The position numbers were made by a program, and so were the translations under genes. Under the pieces are notes generated by a model. It saw nothing but the letters and a program-made list of their open reading frames with translations. It did not search any database and was not told the DNA's origin. Shown in pieces: positions 9,371 through 19,374 of a DNA stretch of 64,000 bases (the first letter of the stretch is position 1; the number at the start of each line of letters is the position of its first letter). The stretch comes from Gemmatimonadota bacterium. Its GTDB lineage: Bacteria; Gemmatimonadota; Gemmatimonadetes; Longimicrobiales; Gaopeijiaceae. The DNA is taken from NCBI GenBank assembly GCA_034521595.1, contig JAXHMG010000003.1, forward strand, positions 2,208,001-2,272,000, given 5' to 3'.

Positions 9371-9772
9371 TCAGTCGTCGCTGGCCTGACCCAGGCTGAC
9401 GCGCCGGCCCATCCATCCCCCGAGGGTGGCGGCGACGAGCTGCACCAGCACCAGCCCGAGCACGATGTCGGCGGCATCGAACGTCTCGACCTCGCTGAAC
9501 AGCGTCACGAAGAACCACACGAGAACGCTGAAGAAGCTGATGGCCGCGGCGTGCAGGATGGGGGCGTCGGTCCAGCGAAGGCCGACGAACAGGCCGCCCA
9601 CGTAGAAGCCGCCCCCGATGGAGACGATGACCCAGAGCACGGGGTCCGACCCGGGCACGACGAGCCCGAGGCCCACGCCGCCGAGATAGAGCGCCGCCGT
9701 CACGGACACCGCGATCAGCCATCCCCCAACCACCCAACCCGGGTGCAGGTTCGTCAGATGTTCGGACTGCAT
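9371..9772 (-). CDS. Hypothetical 4-TM membrane protein
   Basis: Four hydrophobic segments, RBS GAGGAG, co-oriented with rnhB and panD. Confidence 0.75.
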   Translation of the reverse strand: MQSEHLTNLHPGWVVGGWLIAVSVTAALYLGGVGLGLVVPGSDPVLWVIVSIGGGFYVGGLFVGLRWTDAPILHAAAISFFSVLVWFFVTLFSEVETFDAADIVLGLVLVQLVAATLGGWMGRRVSLGQASDD

Positions 9773-9802
9773 GTCATGTCTCCTCGTGGATCGCTGGTCG
9801 CT

Positions 9803-10441
9803 TCAAAGCTCGAGCTCGAACTGGGATCCCCCGAACGTGAGCCTGTGGTGAGGCGTGGGTCCGAGCGACCGGATGGCATCCCGGTGGGCCTGCGTGCCGT
9901 ACCCGACGTTCGTGTCCCACGCGTACCCTGGATACCGGCGGGAGAGCCGCTTCATCAAGCGGTCACGCACGACCTTCGCCACGATCGACGCACATCCGAT
10001 CGAGTGGACGAGAGCGTCCCCATCCACGACGGCCTCGTGCTCTCGACCGAGGTTCCGAACGGGCAACCCGTCGACGACCACGTGGTCGGGCACGACCGTC
10101 AGACGATCCAGCGCCCGCCGCATCGCGACCGTGGTGGCCTGCAGGATGTTGTTCGTGTCGATCTCGCGCACCGAAGCGGCCCCGATGCCCACACAGCGGG
10201 CCGAGAACAGGATCATGTCGAAAAGCGCCTCCCGACGGTCCGGGGAAAGCCGCTTGGAGTCGTCGGCCCCGTCCACGGACATCCCCTCGGGAAGCACGAC
10301 CGCCGCCGCGACCACGGGTCCGGCCAGCGGACCCCGGCCGACCTCGTCGACGCCGGCCACCGAACGACCACGACCCCAGAACCATCGCTCGTATGCAAGC
10401 GGGTCCTGGGGTCGCGAGGTATCGGACGGCTCCGGCGGCAC
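9803..10441 (-). CDS. rnhB: Ribonuclease HII
   Basis: [35 protein letters not shown] and GPTPHHR; start approximate. Confidence 0.96.
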   Translation of the reverse strand: MPPEPSDTSRPQDPLAYERWFWGRGRSVAGVDEVGRGPLAGPVVAAAVVLPEGMSVDGADDSKRLSPDRREALFDMILFSARCVGIGAASVREIDTNNILQATTVAMRRALDRLTVVPDHVVVDGLPVRNLGREHEAVVDGDALVHSIGCASIVAKVVRDRLMKRLSRRYPGYAWDTNVGYGTQAHRDAIRSLGPTPHHRLTFGGSQFELEL

Positions 10442-10453
10442 GGCCGGGCTCCG

Positions 10454-10807
10454 TCAGCGAGCTGTGCGCTTCTCCGCGATCCGGGCCGCCTTGCCGCGGC
10501 GCCCGCGGAGGTAGTAGAGCTTCGCCCGCCGGACGTCGCCCCGGCGCAGGACTTCCACGCCGCTGACCGTCGGTGCGTGTAGAGGGAATACCCGCTCCAC
10601 GCCGATGCCGCTCGAGATCTTCCGCACGGTGAACGTCTCGTTGAGACCACCACCTCGACGTGCGATGCAAATACCGTCAAAGGCCTGGATGCGCTCCTTG
10701 GCGCCCTCACGGACGAGGTAGAGCACCCTGATGGTGTCTCCGGGTGCGAACTCGGGGATATCGTCCCGGAGTTCCTCTTTCTCGATGTCTTGTATTACGT
10801 CCGCCAT
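10454..10807 (-). CDS. rplS: 50S ribosomal protein L19
   Basis: [37 protein letters not shown] and [12 protein letters not shown]. Confidence 0.97.
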   Translation of the reverse strand: MADVIQDIEKEELRDDIPEFAPGDTIRVLYLVREGAKERIQAFDGICIARRGGGLNETFTVRKISSGIGVERVFPLHAPTVSGVEVLRRGDVRRAKLYYLRGRRGKAARIAEKRTAR

Positions 10808-10901
10808 GACAGGCTCCCACGACGCGGTCCGGGCCGTTTTCTGAACAGACGCGTAAGCTAATCGACGGAGACGGCCCGGTGAAGGGCTTACCGTCGGGGG
10901 T

Positions 10902-11654
10902 TTACCCGCGGGGGTCGGTTCCCTCCGGACCGACTGCAACGAGATCCGGGTCACCGGGCCACGCTCCACCGTCCCGGCGGGCCCGTTCGAGCTCCGGTGT
11001 GGCGCGCACCGAGAAGCCGTGCTCCCGAAGAAGCGCGACGCACGCACGGTCGGAGCGCCGCGAGTGAATCGCGACCACGAAGCGCGCCGTCGGGGGAGCG
11101 AGATCGAGCAGGCCCTCGAGGACATCGGCCTCCGTGCCCTCCACGTCGATCTTCACGACATCGGGAGGAGCGACCGTTCCGGCCTCGATGAGGGACCGTC
11201 CCGTTCGCACGGTGACGCGCTCGCTTCCGCCACCGAGGGCGTGCATCTTCGAGGTGTCGCCACCACCGAAATCGGCCTCTCCCTCGAAGGCGCCCAGGGC
11301 CAGGGGCCGGACGGTCGCGTTGGCGACCCGGTTCCAGCGCAGGTGGCGGCGAAGCAGACGCATGTTTCGGAGACCCGGCTCGAACGCTTCGACATGTCCT
11401 TCGGGTCCCACACGCGCGGCGGCCATCAGGGTCACGTAGCCGTGATGCGCGCCCACGTCCCAGAACACCTCCCCCCGACCGGTCAGATCGTGGAGGAGCG
11501 CCATCTGAGGGCCGGCGCGCCGGCCGGTCGCGTAGCCGCTGCCCGCGCTCGCCAGGTTCCAGAAGCGTCCCCGGTTGAGGCCCCCGACGACCGGCACGGG
11601 GATGCGCTCGGTCACGGGATCGATCAGTCGTCGAACGAGTCGTGGGAGGCGCAT
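10902..11654 (-). CDS. FkbM family SAM-dependent methyltransferase
   Basis: [14 protein letters not shown] and [10 protein letters not shown] motifs. Confidence 0.88.
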   Translation of the reverse strand: MRLPRLVRRLIDPVTERIPVPVVGGLNRGRFWNLASAGSGYATGRRAGPQMALLHDLTGRGEVFWDVGAHHGYVTLMAAARVGPEGHVEAFEPGLRNMRLLRRHLRWNRVANATVRPLALGAFEGEADFGGGDTSKMHALGGGSERVTVRTGRSLIEAGTVAPPDVVKIDVEGTEADVLEGLLDLAPPTARFVVAIHSRRSDRACVALLREHGFSVRATPELERARRDGGAWPGDPDLVAVGPEGTDPRG

Positions 11655-11806
11655 TGATGGGCTCGGTGAGTCATGAAGGCGGCGAACGGCCCGGACAGTG
11701 TCGGTGCCGGCCGCATGGAGCAAGCCGACGCACGTGCCGTGGCGTGTCGTGCCCCTCAGGTCCAACTTGTCTTCTCTCGTAGAAACCGTACCGCAGGAGC
11801 CTCCCC

Positions 11807-12907
11807 GTGCCACCTATGCCCCGTTCCCCGCACGACAGACGCCCGAGCCTTTTCCTTTCCCTGGCCGCCGTGACGATCACCCTCGCGGCAGGCTGCGGGG
11901 GAGAGTCCGCCGACCCGTCCGTGTCCGCGGGCGACAGCGGGGCGACGGCGACACGCGCCGATCGGCTGGAACGGCTATTGGGCGTACTCGCGGCCGATTC
12001 GATGGAGGGCCGGCGCGCCGGCACCGAGGGCATCCGCCAGGCTGCCGACTTTCTCGCGACCGAGCTCGAGCGATACGGGGTCGAGCCCGTCGGGGAAGAC
12101 GGGTACTTCCAGCCCGTGTCGCTGGCGCGCGTCGGTGGCGAGGGAGGCCGGCTGGCGTTGCCTTCCGCGGAGCTGGACTTCGACACGCTTCCACAGGAGT
12201 GGATCCTCGACGACGAGGTCAACGTCGTGGGCCTCGTTCCGGGAGCGGACCCGGAGGTGGCGGACGAGGTCGTCGTCGTCGGAGCGCACTACGATCACCT
12301 GGGAATCGGGCCTCCGGTCGACGGGGACTCGATCTACAACGGCGCGGACGACGACGGCACCGGAACGGTCGCCGTGCTCGAGATCGCCCGGGATCTGGCG
12401 GAAGGCCCGGCGCCACGCCGGACCGTGCTCGTCCTGTTGAGCACCGCCGAGGAACAGGGCCTGCTCGGTACGCGCTGGTACATCGAGCATCCCCTCATTC
12501 CACTCGAGCAGACGGTCGCGGACTTCCAGATCGAGATGATCGGGAGACCCGATTCCCTGGCCGGGGGACCCGGACGAGGATGGCTCACGGGATACGAGCG
12601 GACCACCATGGGAGACCAGCTCTCGGCGGCCGGCTCACCCATCGTCGCGGACCCACGGCCCGAGATGCGCTTCTTCTTCCGCAGCGACAACCTGCCGTTC
12701 GCCGAGGAAGGCATCCCCGCCCACACGCTGTCGTCGTACAATCTGCACACCGACTACCACACGCCGTCGGACGAGGTGGACCGGATCGACTTCGAGCACA
12801 TGGCCACGCTCGTGGAGGCGGCCATCGAGGCGGTGCGGCTCCTGGCCGACGGGCCCCGGCCGGAATGGGAGGAAGGCGGCCGGGAGGGGCTGAGGGAACG
12901 CCCGTAG
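11807..12907 (+). CDS. M28 family peptidase, lipoprotein
   Basis: LAAGC lipobox; GAHYDHLG, NGADDDGTG, AEEQGLLG, RSDN and DYHTPSD. Confidence 0.92.
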   Translation: MPPMPRSPHDRRPSLFLSLAAVTITLAAGCGGESADPSVSAGDSGATATRADRLERLLGVLAADSMEGRRAGTEGIRQAADFLATELERYGVEPVGEDGYFQPVSLARVGGEGGRLALPSAELDFDTLPQEWILDDEVNVVGLVPGADPEVADEVVVVGAHYDHLGIGPPVDGDSIYNGADDDGTGTVAVLEIARDLAEGPAPRRTVLVLLSTAEEQGLLGTRWYIEHPLIPLEQTVADFQIEMIGRPDSLAGGPGRGWLTGYERTTMGDQLSAAGSPIVADPRPEMRFFFRSDNLPFAEEGIPAHTLSSYNLHTDYHTPSDEVDRIDFEHMATLVEAAIEAVRLLADGPRPEWEEGGREGLRERP

Positions 12908-12925
12908 GAACCCGCTAGGCCCCGC

Positions 12926-13606
12926 TCACGTGCGCGAGTCGTCCAACAGGTCCGGGCGTCGCTTCCGGGTCAGTCGCTCCGACTCGGAGCGACGCCACGC
13001 CGCGATCCGCCGGTGATCACCCGAGCGGAGCACCTCGGGCACCGCGTGTCCCCTGTATTCGGCCGGCCGGGTGTAGGACGGCGCGCTCAGCCGGCCGCCG
13101 TCGTAGAACGAATCGGTCGCGGCGGCATCGTGGTCTCCCATCGCGCCGGGCAGGAGACGCACGACCGCGTCCGTGATCGCCAACGCTCCGATCTCGCCAC
13201 CGGACACGACGAAGTCGCCCAAAGAGATCTCATCGCTCGCCAGGCGGTCGGCCACGCGCTGGTCGACGTCCTTGTAGTGCCCGCAGAGCAGCGTGAGCTC
13301 GGACGCGACGCTGAAGCGCACCGCATCCTCGTGCCGGAACGGACGCCCCCGGGCGGAAAGGAGCACGACGGGCCCGCGGGGATCGAGCTCGTCCACCGCT
13401 TCGAAGAACGGCTCCGGCTTCATGACCATGCCGGCACCGCCCCCGTAGGGCACGTCGTCCACGGTACGATGGGCATCGTGCGTGAAGTCCCGCAGGTCCA
13501 CCACGCGGTACTCGACGAGCCCGGCATCGGCCGCCCGCTTCGGGATCGACAGGCCGAGTGGCCCGTCGAAGAAGGTAGGGAAGATGCTGACGATGTTGAT
13601 GCGCAT
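12926..13606 (-). CDS. trmD: tRNA (guanine-N1)-methyltransferase
   Basis: VDDVPYGGGAGMVMKPEP, LCGHY..VDQR, SLGDFVVSGGE and VPEVLRSGDH. Confidence 0.97.
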   Translation of the reverse strand: MRINIVSIFPTFFDGPLGLSIPKRAADAGLVEYRVVDLRDFTHDAHRTVDDVPYGGGAGMVMKPEPFFEAVDELDPRGPVVLLSARGRPFRHEDAVRFSVASELTLLCGHYKDVDQRVADRLASDEISLGDFVVSGGEIGALAITDAVVRLLPGAMGDHDAAATDSFYDGGRLSAPSYTRPAEYRGHAVPEVLRSGDHRRIAAWRRSESERLTRKRRPDLLDDSRT

Positions 13607-13615
13607 CGAAGCTCG

Positions 13616-14167
13616 TTACAGCTCGAGGAGTCCATCCGGAGGATCGATGACGATTCGCCCTTCCCCCGTGTCGACCTCCCGGACGATCTCGTCCAGGAAT
13701 GGAATCATGTACTCCTTGTCCTCGCCGCGAACCTCGAGGAGCTCGGCCGGGCGGAGATCGTGGACGTGGGTGACCGTGCCGACGCGCATCCCCTCGACCG
13801 TGAACACCTCCATCCCGACGATCTGGTACTCGAACCACTCGTCATCCGCGAGCGGCTCGAGCTCGGAGACATCCCGATACGCGTACGTCGGGCAGAGCAA
13901 CTCGGCCTGGGTGCGGTCCTCGACCCCGTGGAACGTGGCGAGGTATCCGTCGCGAAACGGCCTGACCGCCTGGATTCTGAGGGGCGGGAGGTCGGGATCC
14001 GGCGCTTCGGCTTCGACGTGCCCCAACAAGACGACCACCCCGGGAACATACGTCCCTTCGGGGTGGTCGGTGAGCGGCCGCACGAAGAGCTCGCCCTTCG
14101 TGCCGTGCGCTTTGGCCAAGTACCCGACCGCCAGGTGGCGGGGATGGCTGTGCTCGCCCGGCGGCAT
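13616..14167 (-). CDS. rimM: Ribosome maturation factor RimM
   Basis: VGYLAKAHGTKGE, MIPFLDEIV and IDPPDGLL; lies between rpsP and trmD. Confidence 0.94.
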   Translation of the reverse strand: MPPGEHSHPRHLAVGYLAKAHGTKGELFVRPLTDHPEGTYVPGVVVLLGHVEAEAPDPDLPPLRIQAVRPFRDGYLATFHGVEDRTQAELLCPTYAYRDVSELEPLADDEWFEYQIVGMEVFTVEGMRVGTVTHVHDLRPAELLEVRGEDKEYMIPFLDEIVREVDTGEGRIVIDPPDGLLEL

Positions 14168-14179
14168 GGCGAACCGAAG

Positions 14180-14722
14180 CTATTCGGTCTTGGACTCTTC
14201 CGCGTCGTCGGCCGGCGTGTCAGCCTCCTCCGGGGCGGGCGCGGCCTCTTCGGCCACGGACTCCGCGGCAGCGGCCTCACCCTTGGCGGCTTCCTCGGAC
14301 TCCGCTTCGGCTTCGGCAGCCTCCGCGGCGGCCTTCTCAGCGGCCTCGGCGGCGGCTTTCTCTTCCGCGGCCTTCTCGGCAGCCGCCTTCTCCTCGGCGG
14401 CGCGCTTGGCGGCCAACTCCTCGGCCCGCTTGGCTTGCGCTTCCTCGGGGTCTTCGACACCGAACGCGACCGTGCCGTCCCCCCCGGCGCGTGCCTTGTC
14501 GATCAGGTTGCGCACCGTGGCCGACGGATCGGCACCCTCGGCGAGCCAGTGGTCGACGCGCTCGAGGTCGAGCACGAGGCGCGCGGGATCGGAGAGCGGC
14601 TTGTAGTAGCCCAGGTTCTCGACGAACCGGCCGTCACGTGGGGAATGGCTGTCCGCCACGACGACGCGGTAATGGGGCTGCTTCTTCCGGCCCATCCGCC
14701 GGAGTCGGATACGTACGGGCAT
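14180..14722 (-). CDS. rpsP: 30S ribosomal protein S16 with Ala/Glu-rich C-terminal extension
   Basis: [38 protein letters not shown]. Confidence 0.96.
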   Translation of the reverse strand: MPVRIRLRRMGRKKQPHYRVVVADSHSPRDGRFVENLGYYKPLSDPARLVLDLERVDHWLAEGADPSATVRNLIDKARAGGDGTVAFGVEDPEEAQAKRAEELAAKRAAEEKAAAEKAAEEKAAAEAAEKAAAEAAEAEAESEEAAKGEAAAAESVAEEAAPAPEEADTPADDAEESKTE

Positions 14723-14940
14723 CTTCTCAAGAGTTCTTGGCGTGAACACACAGCTCCGCCGTGCGCGGAGCGGCCCCGTCCCGGAAGTCCGTTACGGAGG
14801 CAGACGCGTAGAATAAAAGAGACGGTCGTGTGTGTACAGCGTGCGGGACCGCACCACCGGCACTTTACCCGAAGCCCCGGGATCCGCTTCTTCCAACGGA
14901 CCCCGTCAGCCGAACAGCCGATGACCCCACTCCGCCGAAC

Positions 14941-16674
14941 ATGACCGGAATCGAAGACCTGATCTTCCTGGCCGGGATCCTGCTGCTCACGGCGATCCTG
15001 TCGAGCACGCTGTCGATCCGCGCCGGTGTTCCGGTGCTGATCATCTTCCTCGGCATAGGGATGCTCTTCGGTGAGGACGGTCCCTTCGGCCTGGTCTTCG
15101 ACGACTTCGCGCTCGCGCACGCCGTCGGCACCGTGGCGCTGCTCCTCATCCTCTTCGACGGCGGGCTCCGGACGCCGTTCTCCTCGGTGGGCTTGGCCTG
15201 GCGACCCGCGGTGGCCCTCTCGACGCTGGGCGTCGCGCTAACCGCCGGAATCACGGGCTTGATCGCGGCCTGGATCCTCGACCAGCCCCTCGTCATCGGG
15301 ATGTTGCTCGGCAGCATCGTGGGCTCGACCGACGCGGCGGCGGTCTTCGCGATCCTCCGCGGACAGGGCCTGCACCTGCGCGATCGGATCGCGGCCACGC
15401 TAGAAGTCGAATCCGGCTCCAACGACCCGATGGCCGTCCTCCTGACGGTCGGACTCGTCGCAGTGCTCACCGGAGGCATGGAGCTCGGCTGGCCGGTGGT
15501 CGCGTTCTTTCTCGAGCAGGCCGTGATCGGGGCGGCGGGCGGACTGCTCGTCGGTGCGCTCGGATCCATCCTCGTGAACCGTGTGCGATTGACCGCGGCC
15601 GGGCTCTATCCGGTCCTCACCGTCGGCATCGCTCTTCTCGCATACGGCTTGCCCGCCTACCTGGGCGGGAGCGGCTTCCTCGCCGTGTACCTGGCGGGCA
15701 TCGTCATGGGCAACGCCCGTCTCGTCTTCAAGCGGGGCATCCTCCAGGCACACGATGGGGGGGCCTGGATGGCTCAGATCGCCATGTTCGTCACGCTCGG
15801 CCTCCTGGCCACCCCCTCACGGCTCCTCGACGTGGCACTCGAGGGAACGCTGGTGGCGGCGGCCCTCATCGTCGTCGCCCGACCCGCCGCCGTGTTCCTC
15901 ACGCTCGTTCCCTTCCGTTTCGCTCTCCGGGAGATGGCGTTCCTCTCGTGGGCGGGGCTCAAGGGAGCGATCCCCATCATCCTGGCGATCTATCCACTCC
16001 TGGCCGGCGTGCCCGAAGGCCGCCTCATCTTCGACGTGGTCTTCTTCGCGGTGCTCCTCTCCGCACTGGTCCACGGCTGGACCCTGCCGCCCGTCGCCCA
16101 GTGGCTCGGAGTGCGCGAAGAGCACCCTCCGGCCCCACCCATATCCCTGGAGATCACCTCGCTGCGGGACGTCGATGGTGACATCGTCGACTATCTCGTC
16201 GAGCCCGACAGTCTCGCAGCCGACCGGTTCGTACGTGAGCTCGCCCTGCCCGAGAGCGCCGTCATCGCGATGATCGTGCGGGACGCGGAGATCATCGCGC
16301 CGCGGGGAAGCACCTCCATCCGGCCTGGAGACCACGTGTTCGTCGTCCTCAAGCCGGGGGTTCGCTCCGTGGTGGATCGGGCGTTCGCCCCGAGTCCCAG
16401 GCCCGTCGCAGAGCGAGCGGTGGAGCTCGCGTTCCCCCTGGATGCGACGGCTACGGTTGCCGAAGTGGAGGAATTCTACGGAGTTCACCTCGATCCGAAC
16501 CCCGACCGCCGCCTCGGTGACCTCCTCTCGGAGCGGCTCGGGGACCGGTTGGCGGAAGGTGCCGAGATCGAAGCCGGCGAGGTCCGTTTGGCCGTACGCA
16601 CCCTCGTGGACGGCGTCGTCACCGAGGTGGACATCGAAGTGCTGCGCGAGCGGGACGAGCAACCGCCGCCGTGA
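14941..16674 (+). CDS. Potassium/proton antiporter (CvrA/NhaP2-like) with TrkA-C and CorC-like domains
   Basis: ILFDGGLRT, STDAAAVF, LEVESGSNDPMA, WAGLKGAIPIILA and a C-terminal RCK-C segment. Confidence 0.9.
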   Translation: MTGIEDLIFLAGILLLTAILSSTLSIRAGVPVLIIFLGIGMLFGEDGPFGLVFDDFALAHAVGTVALLLILFDGGLRTPFSSVGLAWRPAVALSTLGVALTAGITGLIAAWILDQPLVIGMLLGSIVGSTDAAAVFAILRGQGLHLRDRIAATLEVESGSNDPMAVLLTVGLVAVLTGGMELGWPVVAFFLEQAVIGAAGGLLVGALGSILVNRVRLTAAGLYPVLTVGIALLAYGLPAYLGGSGFLAVYLAGIVMGNARLVFKRGILQAHDGGAWMAQIAMFVTLGLLATPSRLLDVALEGTLVAAALIVVARPAAVFLTLVPFRFALREMAFLSWAGLKGAIPIILAIYPLLAGVPEGRLIFDVVFFAVLLSALVHGWTLPPVAQWLGVREEHPPAPPISLEITSLRDVDGDIVDYLVEPDSLAADRFVRELALPESAVIAMIVRDAEIIAPRGSTSIRPGDHVFVVLKPGVRSVVDRAFAPSPRPVAERAVELAFPLDATATVAEVEEFYGVHLDPNPDRRLGDLLSERLGDRLAEGAEIEAGEVRLAVRTLVDGVVTEVDIEVLRERDEQPPP

Positions 16675-16773
16675 CCACCATCGACGCACGCTTGACCTGC
16701 TCCACCATCGGCACGAAGGTCGCATGCGACGCGGGCCGCGACCCGCCACTCTCGCTCCCGCCGGAAACGCCTC

Positions 16774-17556
16774 GTGTTCGACCCCACCGACCCGCTCCTC
16801 CTGCTCGCCGCGTTCGGCGCCGCCCTGCTCGCGGGTGCGGGCAACGCGGTCGCCGGCGGCGGCACGAACCTCTCGTTCCCCATCCTCATCTGGCTGGGGA
16901 TTCCGCCGGTCGCCGCCAACGCCACGAACGGGGTGGGCCTGTGGCCGGGCTCCGCCGGGGCCGCGTGGAGCTACCGAACGGCTTTGGCCGAGGGCGATCA
17001 GCGTTGGTGGTGGTTCGCCCTACCGTCCCTGGTCGGTGGCGGAATCGGGGCGTGGCTGCTCCTCGCCCTTCCCCCCACCTGGTTCGGCGCCATCGCCCCG
17101 TGGCTCGTAATCGTCGCGTCCATGCTCGTGGCCGTCGAGCCGGTCGTGCGGCAGTGGCTGCGCTCGCCCGGACACGAAGGCGGGCGCGGACCGCTCTGGC
17201 TCTTTCTGACGATGTCGGTGCAGTTCGTCATCTCCGTGTACGGTGGGTATTTCGGGGCCGGCATGGGCATCCTCATGCTCACCAGCCTCGGGCTGATGGG
17301 CATGCACGACCTCCACGAAGCGAACGCGTGGAAGAACGTGCTGGCCGTCGCCATCAAGGGCGTCGCCGTGGTGTACTTCATCGTGGCGGGCATCTTGGTC
17401 TGGCCGGTCGCGATCGTCATGGCGATCGGCTCGACCGTGGGTGGCTACGCGACGGGTAGCTTCATCCAGCGGTTCGACCAGCGAAAGCTACGGTGGGTCG
17501 TGGTCGCGATGGGCGTCGGCATGGGGCTGGTGCTACTGCTGCGAGGCAACGGATGA
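16774..17556 (+). CDS. Sulfite exporter TauE/SafE family protein
   Basis: NAVAGGG..LSFP, ANATN, YGGYFGAGMGILM and ANAWKN. Confidence 0.9.
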   Translation: MFDPTDPLLLLAAFGAALLAGAGNAVAGGGTNLSFPILIWLGIPPVAANATNGVGLWPGSAGAAWSYRTALAEGDQRWWWFALPSLVGGGIGAWLLLALPPTWFGAIAPWLVIVASMLVAVEPVVRQWLRSPGHEGGRGPLWLFLTMSVQFVISVYGGYFGAGMGILMLTSLGLMGMHDLHEANAWKNVLAVAIKGVAVVYFIVAGILVWPVAIVMAIGSTVGGYATGSFIQRFDQRKLRWVVVAMGVGMGLVLLLRGNG

Positions 17557-17578
17557 GCCGTCCGGACGAACGGCGCTA

Positions 17579-17850
17579 CAGCCCGTGGTAGAAGTCTGGT
17601 GGCCCGCGCACGAGGGTCTTGCGTGTCGCAGGCAAGGCGGCTTCTTGAAGGCGATGCCGTAGCATCGGCGAAAGGAGCCAACGCCGCATGCGGCCGCAAT
17701 CCCCTCGTGCCCTTCGGGTTGGGGCGGCACGGCCCCCGCTCCGTCGTTGGAGCCCCTCGACGTAGCTACGGCTATGCCTTCGGGGCTCCGCCATAGGAGC
17801 CCGGGCCGTGGCGCTCCCAACGCGGACCACCAGACTTCTACCACGGGCTG
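17579..17850. mobile_element. 272-bp MITE-like non-coding element with 30-bp terminal inverted repeats
   Basis: CAGCCCGTGGTAGAAGTCTGGTGGCCCGCG (17579-17608) matches the reverse complement of 17821-17850 at 29/30 positions; interior is almost fully self-complementary; flanks CTA/CTG. Confidence 0.75.
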
Positions 17851-17866
17851 CTGAGGGAGGGAACAG

Positions 17867-18286
17867 GTGAAGCGAGATCCGAGATTGAGGGGGCTGTCCT
17901 CCGACCACCACCAAGCCCTGGTGCTCGCCCGCAGGGTCGGGCACCGGGCCGAGGCCGGCACACTGGACATGGACCTCGCGCGCGATGTGGCGGAGCGCTT
18001 CCGCGATGAGCTGGAGCCGCACTTCGGCGTCGAGGAGGAGGTGCTCCTGCCGGCGCTACGCGACCTCGGAGAGAACGAGCTTCCGGACCGGACCCTGGAC
18101 GACCACGCGTTCCTGCGCCAGCGGGTCCGCGCCGCCGAGGACGGCGACGCCGAAGCGCTGGCCGACTTCGCCGAACGCCTCCACGACCACGTCCGGTTCG
18201 AGGAACGAACCCTGTTTCCGGCCTGCGAAGCGCGGCTACCCGACGCGGTGCTGGAGGAGGCGGCGCGCCGGGCGCCCAAGGAGTGA
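17867..18286 (+). CDS. Hemerythrin (HHE) domain protein
   Basis: LSSDHH, HFGVEEEVL, DH and HVRFEERTLF motifs. Confidence 0.85.
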   Translation: MKRDPRLRGLSSDHHQALVLARRVGHRAEAGTLDMDLARDVAERFRDELEPHFGVEEEVLLPALRDLGENELPDRTLDDHAFLRQRVRAAEDGDAEALADFAERLHDHVRFEERTLFPACEARLPDAVLEEAARRAPKE

Positions 18287-18334
18287 GGCACGGGTTCTGC
18301 GGGGGTACTCCCCGACCCCGATCCCCGGCTCCGC

Positions 18335-19000
18335 TCAATGCTCCTCGCGGACGTGCGCCAGGGGGCAGAGGCTACCGCAGCCAGCCACGCCCGGCAGCAG
18401 GTGCCGGAGGCAACACACCCGACGCCGACGGATCTCGGCCTCTCCGTCGCTCACGTACCGGATGGCGCCGTGGAGGGGGTTCCGGCCCAAGCCGGGCCAT
18501 TCCCGACGGTCGAGCAGCTCGCCTCGCGCCCTGCGAGCGTCCTCCGCCACCGCATCCGGTCGCGCTTCGAGCTCGGCGAGTGCCCACTCCATGTAGTGGG
18601 CCGCATTTCCCCACAGCAGGCCGCGCCCCACACGGTACCGCGCCGACAGAATCTCCACGACCGGAGCGACATGCCGCATGATCAACGGATCGAACCAGGA
18701 CGAGTCACGGGCCCCCTCGTGGTCGCTCGAGATCGAGGCTGCGGGCTGAGGAAGGACGCGACCTTCCCCGTTTCCGGAGCGAGAGTGACGCGCACCTGAT
18801 CGACGGTGGCGGGGAGCGCGCGCCGGAGCCCGACGGTGGCCACCACCGAGGACACGAGGAGGCCGCCAAAGTACCAGAGCGACCAGTACGAGACCACGGC
18901 CCGCAGGTCCGCGTTCCCATGCTCCCGACCGAAGGCATCCAGGCATGCCTCGAGCCGGCCCGGCGCGAAGATGGCCCGGGCCGGCAAGCCACCGGGCTCC
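18335..19000 (-). pseudogene. fhuF: Siderophore ferric-iron reductase FhuF-like gene, frameshifted and lacking its own start
   Basis: ADLRAVVSYWSLWYF in one frame; LLWGNAA, NPL and RRVCCLRHLLPGVAGCGSLCP (2Fe-2S motif) in another; shift near 18750. Confidence 0.75.
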
Positions 19001-19004
19001 CCGT

Positions 19005-19268
19005 CGACGAGCCTCGGAACGAGCTGCCCCAGAACCCACGGAAGGTTGAGCGGCGTCGCGTTGGTGAGTCCGGCCACGAGTGGACTCTGTGGATCGAGGT
19101 AGATGACCGCGCCCTTCGCACGACGTCGAGCTTTCCGTACACCGGATCCACCTCGAGCTCGTTTCGCTGTTGGTCCGTGGCCAACCAAACGAGCAGGTCG
19201 CGGTCGAAGAGGTCAACGCGCTCCTGGCTGATCGCGGTCACGAAATGATCACGTGTCAGCGCAGCCAA
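19005..19268 (-). pseudogene. C-terminal remnant of an iron-siderophore ABC substrate-binding protein
   Basis: ISQERVDLFDRDLLVW...DPVYGKLDVV, then after a frameshift VIYLD...LTNATPLNLPWVLGQLVPRL. Confidence 0.55.
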
Positions 19269-19374
19269 CCTCTACAGTCACTTCCGCTGGAGAAACGCCC
19301 GTTATTTGACGGCCCGTCGCCTCATCCCTTGCGACATTACTTGACACACCCATCACGTAGAGAGATTCTACGGC

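Noticed and set aside
17579-17850. CRISPR array or coding gene in the repeat region
   Set aside because: The repeats are inverted, not direct with spacers; the overlapping ORFs are not protein-like
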